Shown piece by piece: positions 51,497 to 60,873 of a DNA stretch of 64,000 nt. The stretch's first letter is position 1. Each line of letters opens with the position of its first letter. Source of the DNA: an uncultured Spirochaetota bacterium (lineage in GTDB: Bacteria; Spirochaetota; UBA4802; UBA5550); contig CAWHAA010000004.1 of NCBI GenBank assembly GCA_963827275.1, positions 684,610 through 748,609 on the forward strand, given 5' to 3'. Both the position numbers and the translations under genes were made by a program. Under the pieces are notes generated by a model. The model ran no database searches and had not been told where the DNA came from. It saw only the letters and a list, made by a program, of their open reading frames with translations.

Positions 51497-52126
51497 ATGA
51501 TCGGTACGTTAGTCGCGATGTCGTTGTCCGTGCTGGTGCTGCTCGGCACTACCGCGGAGCAGAAAGCCAGGAGCACCGTTATCGCAATCAAGGAGCTTGA
51601 CGGGTCCCTGGATTTTTACAACTGGTATTTCTCGGATGACCAGAAATTGATCGGCAGGGTCAAGAACATTGTCAGGGAGATCGACAAGAGCGGGGTGATG
51701 AAGGCCGCCATCGATGACTACGGCGTCCAGTTTTTTCTTTTTGAAAACGAGATCGGCGCCCCGGTGGAGTTCAATACCAACATAAATCTGCTCGTGCAGG
51801 ATATCTCGATGTACCCGGGAATAAAAACCATCAGGGATTTTATCACGATATCCATTAACGAGATGCCCATAGTCCTGAACAATGTAAAAGTAATTAATTC
51901 AACGGTCAGGAACATCGGCGGATATGAATGCGGCATCATTGAGGCGACCTACGACCAGCAGCTGGGGTATAAGAGTTTCCCGCTCTATATGATCAGCATG
52001 TCGATAGTAAAGGACAAAAGGGCCTTCATATTCACGGGGACCGCGCTGCAGAGCATGGTTAATGCGAAAAAGCCGCTCTTCGAAAAAATACTCTTTTCCA
52101 TAAAACAGAACGCCGCGGGCAAATGA
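51497..52126 (+). CDS. Hypothetical exported protein (PsbP-like C-terminus possible)
   Basis: GGAG RBS; signal peptide; ends FEKILFSIK. Confidence 0.6.
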   Translation: MIGTLVAMSLSVLVLLGTTAEQKARSTVIAIKELDGSLDFYNWYFSDDQKLIGRVKNIVREIDKSGVMKAAIDDYGVQFFLFENEIGAPVEFNTNINLLVQDISMYPGIKTIRDFITISINEMPIVLNNVKVINSTVRNIGGYECGIIEATYDQQLGYKSFPLYMISMSIVKDKRAFIFTGTALQSMVNAKKPLFEKILFSIKQNAAGK

Positions 52127-52198
52127 TCGCGATCGACGTCGGGATGAATGCCCTTTGCCCGATGGCGCGGGGTTAAAACCCCACGCCATCCGGAAGGC

Positions 52199-52597
52199 TC
52201 ACTTGCTGTCCCACTCCATGGTGCCGCTTTTCTTTTGCCTGAAATTCCAGAAGACCCGCCAGCCGTGGAAGGCCAGCATGCAGCCCCAGGCGGTCAGCGG
52301 GAACTTGAACCAGAAATACGGATTGAGGGGATAGGTGAACAGGTTGATGTAGACCAGCAGCGCGTTGACCATGATGAACACCGCCAGGTGATAAAAAAAG
52401 CCCTTGTTGTTGCTGTTCGGTAATACAAAAACACCCAGTGCGTGCAGTGCCAGCCCTATCCCCCACCCGATGAGCGGCCACTGGACCCATAGATACCCGG
52501 GATAGTTGTCAAGATTGAGCCATATCAATATCGCGTTAACAGCTACATACGCTGTCAGGTGATAACCGAAGCCGATTTTTTGTCCTTTGCTTGCCAT
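52199..52597 (-). CDS. Tandem 2TM-domain protein
   Basis: Two repeats of F.YHL....VNA.L...N....W..(W/F)P...WG..LA.H. Confidence 0.85.
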   Translation of the reverse strand: MASKGQKIGFGYHLTAYVAVNAILIWLNLDNYPGYLWVQWPLIGWGIGLALHALGVFVLPNSNNKGFFYHLAVFIMVNALLVYINLFTYPLNPYFWFKFPLTAWGCMLAFHGWRVFWNFRQKKSGTMEWDSK

Positions 52598-52677
52598 AGT
52601 TGTAATTAACCCCTGTCCCATTTTGTAATTTGTTTTTGCCGTATAACGACCTATACCACGTGCGCACTGCCCGGCCG

Positions 52678-52890
52678 TTACCTGATAAAACCAGACACCA
52701 CAGTACCAATTCTATCACTGATCGATCTGATGACGCCATAGACATTTTCTCTTCTTTCTTTCCTCTGTATTTCGTTTCCATTCTTATTCCCCCGTATCCC
52801 GGCGATATCGCCATGAATTGCTTCTACCGTTGAAACCACGGTATCGATGCTGCTGAAGACCGTTTTTGCTATTGATCCGCCTTTTTTCAT
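52678..52890 (-). CDS. Small hypothetical protein
   Basis: GGAGG RBS; 70 aa, helical. Confidence 0.55.
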   Translation of the reverse strand: MKKGGSIAKTVFSSIDTVVSTVEAIHGDIAGIRGNKNGNEIQRKERRENVYGVIRSISDRIGTVVSGFIR

Positions 52891-53102
52891 ACAACCTCCC
52901 TGAATGATCTGCGGGTAATTCCGCCTGTCAGAACCAAGTAACAAAAAGCATGAAGTAATGTCAATATAAAAAGCAAAAAAAATAGCAAAAAATAAAGCAA
53001 AAATAATTGACAAGAATGAGGGGGCGCGGCATGGTATGGCTGCAGTGAGCAGGATCTGTTTGCTGCCGGATTTGTCCGATAGAGAAGCTTCCAGGAGGAT
53101 AC

Positions 53103-53330
53103 ATGGCTGTTATCAGGAAAGACCAGAAAGAACAGGTGAAAAACGTGCTGCTGCGTGTCAGCATCCCGGCGTCGCTCATGGCCGAGGTCAAAAAGACCAA
53201 AAAGCTCTGCAAGGACAGCGGGTTTTATTTCGACATCAAGCCCGATGTCATCGAAGCGGTCGCGAAAGCCGTTGAAGAGGCAAAAGAGCTCGTCGGCAGC
53301 GAAAAGAAGAACAGGGCGGGCAAGTCGTAA
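53103..53330 (+). CDS. Small protein, possible ribbon-helix-helix DNA-binding fold
   Basis: AGGAGG RBS; LRVSIPASL strand followed by helices. Confidence 0.55.
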   Translation: MAVIRKDQKEQVKNVLLRVSIPASLMAEVKKTKKLCKDSGFYFDIKPDVIEAVAKAVEEAKELVGSEKKNRAGKS

Positions 53331-53393
53331 AAAAATGCTTGGCCGCGGTGCCGCCCCTCCCGTATAGTCTCTGTTACTACTGGCGGTACATGC

Positions 53394-55610
53394 ATGATTG
53401 AATTAAAACCTACGTTCTGCCGCATCTGCGAATGCGGGTGCGGCACCATTGCTGAAGTTGAAGATAACGTGATCAGGGCGATCAGAGGAAACCCCGCGCA
53501 TGTCGTAAGCAGGGGGCACGTGTGCAAGAAGGGCGCGACATTCCACGAAATCGTCCACTCGCCCGACCGTCTGCGCTACCCGATGAAGCGCACCGGCGCC
53601 GCGTGGGAGCGGATCTCCTGGGACCTGGCCCTGCGTGAGATCGGGGCGCGGGTGAAACGGCTTGTCCGCGACCACGGCGGGGACAGCATCGCCCTCTATG
53701 CCGGCAGCGGGTCCGGCTTCAGCCTTCTCCACCCGATCTACGCAAAGGGCTTTATCGACGGGATCGGATCAAAGAGCGTGTACGCCGCGGCCAGCATCGA
53801 CTGCAGCAACAAGTTCGCGGTCGCCCGGCTCATGTACGGCTCGCCCCTGATCCAGACCTTCCCCGATCTCGAGCATATACGATGCCTGATCATGCTCGGC
53901 GCGAACCCCGCGGCGACCAACATGTCGTTCGCGGGTGTCCCGGACATCGTGAACACGCTGAAGGGGCTTTCCGCGCGCGGTGCGCGCGTCGTGTATATCA
54001 ATCCGCGGCGGACCGAGTCCGCGAAGGTCGCGGGCGAGCATTACTTCATCAGGCCGGGCACCGACCGGTTTTTCCTGCTCGGGTTCGCGCGCGAGCTGAT
54101 CGTGAAAAACGGCGTGGACCGGGGCGCCGTTGACGCGCACATGAAGAACTATGACCTCCTCAGGGAGGTGGTATGGCCCTGGACCATGGGAAAGGTCGCG
54201 GCGGTCACCGGGGTCCCGGCCGCGGTACTGGAGGGCCTGGTCGATTCCTACGTGTCGGCGAAATCGTCGGCGCTCTACTGCTCCACCGGGATCAACATGA
54301 GCGGCGACCCGAGCACCTGCTTCTGGCTCCTCGAGGCGATCAACGCGATATCGGGAAACCTTGACCGGAGGGGCGGCACCATCGTCGGCAGGGGGCTGGT
54401 CGATTTTCCCCGCCTGTCGCGGGGATCGTTCGCGGCCGGGGGGACAACCTCGCGCATCGGGGGGTTTCCGCAGGTGATGGATTCCTTCCCCTGCGCCGTC
54501 ATGCACGATGAGATCCTGGAGCCGGGGCCGGGACAGATCAGGGGGCTGTTCGTGTCAGGGGGCAACCCGGCCGTCTCCTTCCCCGATTCGGCGCGGTGTG
54601 AGGCCGCGCTCAGGTCGCTCGACCTCCTTGTCTCGGTCGATATATTCAGAAACGAGACCGGGAACCTGGCCCATTACCTGCTGCCGGCCACGACCTTCAT
54701 GGAGCACGGCGACATCAACTATATATTCCAGTCGATGCTCGGGGTGTATCCCGTCCCCGTGCTGAATTACAGCGACGCGGTCATCGCCCCGGACGGCGAG
54801 CAGCGCGACGAGACCAGGATATACGCGGACCTCGCGCGCGCGTGCGGTGCGCGGCTCTTCGGCTCGCGGCTGTTCCAGTGGCTCAACGACGCGCCGTGGC
54901 CCGGGGGGAGGCGCCTCATGAGCCCCGAGAACATCTTCCGGTTCCTCCTGCGGGTGTCGGGAAAATCGACGCTCGGGAAGATGCGGAAGCGGCCGGAGGG
55001 GCTCCTCCTGGGGCCGCACCGGCCCGGCTCGTTCCTGGGCGCGCGCGTGCTGACCGCCGACGGCCGCGTCGATTGCGCGCCGCGGGAGCTGGTCGAAGCG
55101 GCGCGCGGCCTCGACGCCGCCTATGACGGGGAGCTGAAGGCGCGGGGACGCATAAAACTGGTCAACATGCGCGAACCGCTCTCGTTCAACACCTACCTCC
55201 ACAACGCGCCGTCGCTCATGAAGGGAAACCGCAGCGGCAACCGCATGCGCATCAGCCCGGAGGACGCGGCGCGGGCGGGGCTTGCGGACGGCGACCTTGC
55301 CGAGGTGGCCAGCGAAACCGGCACGATACGGATCCCGGTCATAATAACCGACGACATGATGCCGGGGGCCGTGGCGATACCGCACGGCTGGGGCCATGAA
55401 CGGGCGGACGGGATCGCCGTCGCCCAAAAAAACCACGGGGTCAACGTGAACATCCTTACCCCTTCCGGCGCGCGCACGGTGGACCCGGTCTCGGGCATGG
55501 CGCGGCTTGCCGGGATACCGGTCACGGTCAAAAAGTTTGATGGGGGGATGGAGCCAGGGGGCCGCCAGCGGGGACGGGAAGGCGCCGAAACGCCTGATGG
55601 AAGTCGTTAA
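53394..55610 (+). CDS. Molybdopterin (bis-MGD) oxidoreductase with 4Fe-4S cluster
   Basis: CRICECGC..C, DRLRYP, ISWD.A, GGNP, LLPA...E and C-terminal PHGWG. Confidence 0.92.
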   Translation: MIELKPTFCRICECGCGTIAEVEDNVIRAIRGNPAHVVSRGHVCKKGATFHEIVHSPDRLRYPMKRTGAAWERISWDLALREIGARVKRLVRDHGGDSIALYAGSGSGFSLLHPIYAKGFIDGIGSKSVYAAASIDCSNKFAVARLMYGSPLIQTFPDLEHIRCLIMLGANPAATNMSFAGVPDIVNTLKGLSARGARVVYINPRRTESAKVAGEHYFIRPGTDRFFLLGFARELIVKNGVDRGAVDAHMKNYDLLREVVWPWTMGKVAAVTGVPAAVLEGLVDSYVSAKSSALYCSTGINMSGDPSTCFWLLEAINAISGNLDRRGGTIVGRGLVDFPRLSRGSFAAGGTTSRIGGFPQVMDSFPCAVMHDEILEPGPGQIRGLFVSGGNPAVSFPDSARCEAALRSLDLLVSVDIFRNETGNLAHYLLPATTFMEHGDINYIFQSMLGVYPVPVLNYSDAVIAPDGEQRDETRIYADLARACGARLFGSRLFQWLNDAPWPGGRRLMSPENIFRFLLRVSGKSTLGKMRKRPEGLLLGPHRPGSFLGARVLTADGRVDCAPRELVEAARGLDAAYDGELKARGRIKLVNMREPLSFNTYLHNAPSLMKGNRSGNRMRISPEDAARAGLADGDLAEVASETGTIRIPVIITDDMMPGAVAIPHGWGHERADGIAVAQKNHGVNVNILTPSGARTVDPVSGMARLAGIPVTVKKFDGGMEPGGRQRGREGAETPDGSR

Positions 55611-55628
55611 CGCTGCCGGGGCGTATCA

Positions 55629-56192
55629 TCAGGGGGCAGGCGCTTCGTAATTCCCGCCGGCAGGCTTCCGTATCCTGTACATGAGGGTCCGTATCCCGAG
55701 CAGGAGGTACGCGAGCGCGATATACTCGCAGAACCGCGTCAGCAGCAGCATCCAGATCGGAATAGTATGTACCGCTCTACCCTTCGCGTCATAGCACTGG
55801 AAATTCTGTACGAAGTCGGTACGCTCCGGCAGCGGGTGGCGGGTTATGACGCTGCGACTGTACGACGACCCTTCCGGGCACGAAAGGTTCAGCGGGTAGT
55901 TGTAGAGGCGGTTTCCCGGCTGGTCTATTGCCATCCCCATGAGCGCGAAGAAGCAGACGGCCCCTGCCAGCACAAAGGAGCTTCTTTTCCCGGATTTCGC
56001 GAAGCTCCCGAACACGAACCACCCGGCAATGAGAAAAATGATGCTGGCCACTCCCTCGAAATGCGATATCACGTAGATGAACCCGATGGGGATGCAGATG
56101 ACCAGCGCGATACCGAGGAGTATAATCGGAAGCCAGAGCCATGAGGGGATTTTATCCCTGTACTTTGTGAACAGCAGCCCTAATCGATCCAT
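55629..56192 (-). CDS. Hypothetical membrane protein
   Basis: Four TMs with a Cys-pair loop. Confidence 0.65.
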   Translation of the reverse strand: MDRLGLLFTKYRDKIPSWLWLPIILLGIALVICIPIGFIYVISHFEGVASIIFLIAGWFVFGSFAKSGKRSSFVLAGAVCFFALMGMAIDQPGNRLYNYPLNLSCPEGSSYSRSVITRHPLPERTDFVQNFQCYDAKGRAVHTIPIWMLLLTRFCEYIALAYLLLGIRTLMYRIRKPAGGNYEAPAP

Positions 56193-56286
56193 GGGACTGT
56201 ATATACAACGGATCAGGGCATTTGTCAAGATGTTTAGCCTGGCGCCGCATGGCCATGGGGCGGGCAAATGGCCGGCCCGGCATTGG

Positions 56287-56510
56287 CATAGGGGGGCCGT
56301 TGCACGACGGCCCCCCTATGGACCCCCCGCGTGCTCCTCAATCGCCGGAGAGGCTATCGGGCGTAACTCGGTCGAATCCCGCTTCGCGGGAATTCGCCCT
56401 CAGCGCCGCGCGATTTTCGACATCCTGTCGCGCGCGGCAGTTGGACATCCTGTCCAGGCCGACGCCCGATCGGTTTGTCCGCCCTTCGGGCGGACGTTCG
56501 GATGTCTCTT
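56287..56510 (+). repeat. Multi-hairpin element, copy A
   Basis: CATAGGGGGGCCGT/ACGGCCCCCCTATG hairpin; CTCAATCGCCG; CGAATCCCGCTTCGCGGGAATTCG; GGTTTGTCCGCCC/GGGCGGAC. Confidence 0.85.
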
Positions 56511-56655
56511 TGTATTATAAATTATTTTCACTAATTTGTATCAGGATACTTTTACCTTTCGCCCGGCGGCGCGGCCAGCCTCGCAACGGGTTTTTTGACT
56601 TGAATTTATCAGGAAGGTATATGTATTAAGGGAATCGTTGTGAAGGAGTAATCGT

Positions 56656-57072
56656 ATGCCTGTAAAAACAGACTACATCACGGTTAAGACAAAAGGGAAC
56701 CGCGATGTCGTTGACCTGACCCCGCGCCTGCGGGAGATACTCGGCGGCAGCGGCGTCTTGGACGGGATCGCGGTGGTGTTCGCGCCCGGTTCGACAGCGG
56801 CGGTGACGACCATCGAGTACGAGCCGGGCCTGAAGAAGGACATCGACCTCTTCCTTGAACGGATCGCGCCCTACGGCGCGCGCTACCATCATCATGAGAC
56901 CTGGCACGACGACAACGGCTCGGCGCACCTGCAGGCGGCCCTCATCGGGCCGTCGGTGGCGTTGCCCGTCGTGAAGGGAGAGCCCGCGCTCGGTACCTGG
57001 CAGCAGGTGGTGCTGGTTGACTGCGACACCAGGCCGCGGGATAGGAAGATCGTGGTGCAGGTGCTGTATTAA
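56656..57072 (+). CDS. yjbQ: YjbQ/UPF0047 family protein
   Basis: STAAVTTIE, NGSAHLQA and LGTWQQV. Confidence 0.9.
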   Translation: MPVKTDYITVKTKGNRDVVDLTPRLREILGGSGVLDGIAVVFAPGSTAAVTTIEYEPGLKKDIDLFLERIAPYGARYHHHETWHDDNGSAHLQAALIGPSVALPVVKGEPALGTWQQVVLVDCDTRPRDRKIVVQVLY

Positions 57073-57166
57073 TAAAGTCTCTCAGTCTTCGGCCGGCCCT
57101 GGCGCCGCGCCCTCCCTCGTAACTACGCCGCCGGCGCCCGCTGGCAACCACGTCCCCGGAAGAGAC

Positions 57167-59095
57167 TCACACGCTGGATTCTACAAACAAATGATGCAGC
57201 AGCTGCATCGACACAATCGCGGCGACAGCCATATCGTCCCTCTCGCCCGCGGGCTTCGACCCGTTGCTTTTCAGCTTGTTCATGAGGCGCTCCACGGCAG
57301 CTGGTTCAAAATAGCCGTACGCCTTCACGGTGTCCGGCCCGAGCATCGAGGAAGAGAGGCTCTCCGGGTGCCTGGTGAAGCAGCGGTGTATGGGCGCGCG
57401 GTACGGCTGCTTCACCCTTCCCGTGATCGCCGCCGGCAGGATGTCCCCGTACGCGGCCTTGAGTATCTGCTTTTCATTGAGCCCCATCATCTTGTACCGC
57501 GGCGGGATGGTCGCGGCGAAATCTATCACCCGGTGGTCGAGGAACGGGAACCGGCCCTCGATCGAGCGCCCCATCATCATGCGGTCCCCCTGCGAGGAGA
57601 GCAGGTACCCGGACATGAAGGAGACCATCTCCAGGTACTGGGCCCTGCAGAAGGGGTGCCAGCGGCCCATGCCCGGGTCGACGTAGGCGTCGAGCTCGGC
57701 GTAGACGCGCTCCTCGTTGAACTGGCGGCGGTACGGTTCGCTGAAGAGCTCCTTGATGCGCGCGGTGTTGTTCCAGCGAATGAGGTGCGAATAGTACCGG
57801 TGTTCCGTATCGAGCATCCCTTTCCTGAAAAACATTTTCCAGAATGCCGCCGCCCTGGGGTCTTTCTCAATATAGGGATGGAGCTTCTGCAGCAGCAGCG
57901 GGCGCAGCTTCGACGCGGGATCGCGCGCCCAGAACCTGCGTATCTTGTCCTCCTTGAAAATATCATACCCGCCGAACACCTCGTCCGCGCCTTCGCCGGT
58001 GAGCACGACCTTGATGCCGCTGTCCCGCACCAGTCCCGCCAGGATATAGAGGGGCGAAGGCGCCGTCCGCACCATCGGCTTTTCCGAGAAGCGCACCACG
58101 TCATGGAAGGCGCTCCCGATACTGGCGTAATCAGCCTCTATCATCCGGTGGTCGGTGCGCAGGTAATCGACCATCCGGCGCTGGTAGGAGCGCTCGTCGA
58201 ACTGGCCGTCGCGGAACGCGACGGAAAAAGTGACGAGGTCATTGTTGTGGTGCCGCTTCACCATGGACGATATGATCGACGAATCGATCCCGCCGCTCAG
58301 GTACGAGGCCACGGGCACGTCCGCCCTGAGGCGTATGGTCACTGCGTCGTAGAGCAGCTCCTTCACCCGTCCGACATAGTAGGAGAGCGGCCGCTCCTCG
58401 TATTCATGCTCGCCGGGAAATGCCGGCTTCCAGTACTGCCCGCCGCGCACCCCGCCGGCGCTGACGCTCATCCAGCACCCCGGCGCGAGCTCGCTCACGC
58501 CCTTGAACACCGTTCGCGGCGGGATATTCGCCCAGAGGGTGAACACCTGGTCGATGCCGGCCGGGTCGATCTCCGGCTTCAGGAAGGGGTGGCGGAAGAG
58601 GGCCTTCATCTCCGAAGCAAAGAGGAGGGTGCCGTCAGGCAGGATCGAATAAAAGAGCGGCCGGATGCCCACGCGGTCGCGCGCGAGTATGAGCTCGCTC
58701 TTCCTGCCGTCCCAGAGGGCGATCGCGAACTGCCCGACCATCGGCGCAAGGAAGTCCTTCCCGCGCTCCTCGTAGAGGTGCACGATCACCTCGGTGTCGC
58801 TTTTTGTCGTGAAGACGTGGCCCTTTTTTTCGAGCTCGTCCCGCAGCTCGATATAATTGAAGATCTCGCCGTTAAAGATGACGCAGAGGCTCCCGTCCTC
58901 GCTGTAGATGGGCTGCCTGCCCCCGGCAAGGTCGATGATGCTGAGGCGGCGGTGGCCGAGGCCCACCGCGCCGTCCAGGTGGTACCCGTCCTCGTCCGGC
59001 CCGCGGTGCAGCAGGGTATCGTTCATCCTCCGCAGAAGGGCGGCGTCCACGGGCTGCCCGGTACGGACGTTATATATGCCGCATATTCCGCACAT
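57167..59095 (-). CDS. asnB: Asparagine synthase (glutamine-hydrolyzing) family amidotransferase
   Basis: MCGICG, HRGPD, RLSIIDL, LSGGIDSS, GEGADE and RFPFLD. Confidence 0.93.
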   Translation of the reverse strand: MCGICGIYNVRTGQPVDAALLRRMNDTLLHRGPDEDGYHLDGAVGLGHRRLSIIDLAGGRQPIYSEDGSLCVIFNGEIFNYIELRDELEKKGHVFTTKSDTEVIVHLYEERGKDFLAPMVGQFAIALWDGRKSELILARDRVGIRPLFYSILPDGTLLFASEMKALFRHPFLKPEIDPAGIDQVFTLWANIPPRTVFKGVSELAPGCWMSVSAGGVRGGQYWKPAFPGEHEYEERPLSYYVGRVKELLYDAVTIRLRADVPVASYLSGGIDSSIISSMVKRHHNNDLVTFSVAFRDGQFDERSYQRRMVDYLRTDHRMIEADYASIGSAFHDVVRFSEKPMVRTAPSPLYILAGLVRDSGIKVVLTGEGADEVFGGYDIFKEDKIRRFWARDPASKLRPLLLQKLHPYIEKDPRAAAFWKMFFRKGMLDTEHRYYSHLIRWNNTARIKELFSEPYRRQFNEERVYAELDAYVDPGMGRWHPFCRAQYLEMVSFMSGYLLSSQGDRMMMGRSIEGRFPFLDHRVIDFAATIPPRYKMMGLNEKQILKAAYGDILPAAITGRVKQPYRAPIHRCFTRHPESLSSSMLGPDTVKAYGYFEPAAVERLMNKLKSNGSKPAGERDDMAVAAIVSMQLLHHLFVESSV

Positions 59096-59217
59096 GGCTC
59101 GTCCTCCGGGGTACTGTAGCTGCCTGGAAATACCGGGGCAATACATTTAAAAACCCGCATATTACGGCAGTGTAAAATAGAGGGCCGGACCCGGAGTGGC
59201 CGGCCCGGCACTTAATG

Positions 59218-59410
59218 GCGAGGGGAAGAGGGCTTCTCGCCCTCTTCCCCTCGCGCTCCCCATCTCCCTCGGTCGCTCAATCGCCGCGACGGGCTACGGG
59301 CGTAATCGGGCGAATCCCGCTTCGCGTGAATTCGCCCTTTCACGCCCGATTGGTTTATCCAAAAGAAGGCGAGGTCACGTGACCTCGCCTTCTTTTGGAT
59401 GTTTTAATGG
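59218..59410 (+). repeat. Multi-hairpin element, copy B, with a perfect 44-bp palindrome at 59357-59400
   Basis: GCGAGGGGAAGAGGGC/GCCCTCTTCCCCTCGC hairpin; linkers shared with copies A and C. Confidence 0.85.
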
Positions 59411-59682
59411 CTTTGTTGTGTTTGAAATTATCCTTTGAATTCGTCTGAAACAAGCTTATCCCTTGCGCTCGATGGCCCTTCGATACGCTCAGGGCCGATC
59501 TCGCAGCGGGGCGAATTGCATGAGGCTGCTCTTCGCACTGTTAGTTCCTCGCATTGTTTTATTGATAAAACTTATGAAATGCGATTTTTAATATTATTTT
59601 AATTTGTTATGCGAATAATTTATCATTGACTTTGCGTCGCATGCGGTGATCTATTTGATGTTAGAAGGAAATTTGGATAAAA

Positions 59683-60873
59683 TTTGTTGTGCGCAATTTT
59701 GCATAATATTATTAAGGGGATAAACTAATGGAAGAACTTATCAAGCAGATAAACCAACTCATTGATACAATTGCAAATGTCTCGAATGAAAATATTAAAT
59801 TTGAAGAAATTGGTGTTAATAATAATTTCTTTGAGGCAAATGAAATAAAAAATAGAATCTGTAATTATCTATTAAACATATTACAATCATCAATTCAATT
59901 ATCGAACAATAATTATCCAATTATAAATCATATATATACACAAACCAATACGTATTTTACACAATTAAATTCACATATTACTAATATTAAAAACTTGGTT
60001 ACCGGGGGAATACATACTCCAGAATACCCAAAACACAGACAAAACTATACTGCCACAATTAAAAAACTTGAAGAAACTATCTCAATTCAAATGATTAATA
60101 TTAAAAATTATATTGATATTCAGCAAATGAATCAAATTTCAAATATTGAATCTTTAAAAGAAAGGTTTAGGGAATTATCGAATTATAAAGAAAAATTTGA
60201 AAAAAGCGAAAAAGAATTTGATAAAATTATTCAAAATATGAGAACAAGAATTACAAAAGAGGTTGTGAATGAAGGGATTACAAATTTTGACAAATTGGAA
60301 ATTCAGCATAAGAAATATGAAAGAAACTGGTTTAAAGTAATTGTTCTTTCATTAATAGTACTTATTAGTACAATTATTTGTGCTGCATTATGTTTTTATC
60401 CCGATTCTTCTAATGACATGGTGAAAAATTTTATTACAAAAGTATTAATTATTTCCGCACCTTCTATTTTGTTGAAAATTTCATTAACAAAATATAATAT
60501 CGAAAGAAATCTTGGAATAATATATGGTCATAGATCTGCAGTATTAAATCAATACTCTTCTTTCGAAAATGCTATTGGTGATGAAATAGAAATGAAGCAA
60601 GCAAAAAATGAATTTCGTCTTGAAATAATGAAATATATTTTTTCTGACCCACAAACCGGTTACATAAAAGATGTTAAGCCAGGAGAAGTAAGTATAAATC
60701 CAATTATTAATTTGGCAGAAAAATTAATAAAATGATAAATACTTTTTAATGCAAAACTGCGCACAACAAAGCATAACCGCTCCGCTCCTCGGCGGACTTA
60801 GGCCGCCTGTGGTGCGCTGATTAGGATGATCGAGGGTCGAGCCGCAACAGGAGGTGCGAAAAGGGCACTGCCT
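59683..60873 (+). mobile_element. Integron-like gene cassette with truncated attC-like site
   Basis: GTTGTGC core at 59686 and GCACAAC inverse core at 60761 lie within a 22-bp inverted repeat (one mismatch) that tightly encloses a single AT-rich ORF. Confidence 0.7.
59728..60735 (+). CDS. AT-rich cassette protein: helical/coiled coil, two TMs, C-terminal domain
   Basis: 335-aa ORF far more AT-rich than the host genes; AAGGGG RBS. Confidence 0.85.
   Translation: MEELIKQINQLIDTIANVSNENIKFEEIGVNNNFFEANEIKNRICNYLLNILQSSIQLSNNNYPIINHIYTQTNTYFTQLNSHITNIKNLVTGGIHTPEYPKHRQNYTATIKKLEETISIQMINIKNYIDIQQMNQISNIESLKERFRELSNYKEKFEKSEKEFDKIIQNMRTRITKEVVNEGITNFDKLEIQHKKYERNWFKVIVLSLIVLISTIICAALCFYPDSSNDMVKNFITKVLIISAPSILLKISLTKYNIERNLGIIYGHRSAVLNQYSSFENAIGDEIEMKQAKNEFRLEIMKYIFSDPQTGYIKDVKPGEVSINPIINLAEKLIK

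Noticed and set aside
57167..59095. Lasso peptide or other RiPP cluster around asnB
   Set aside because: Intact glutaminase domain; no precursor, B protein or carrier protein nearby
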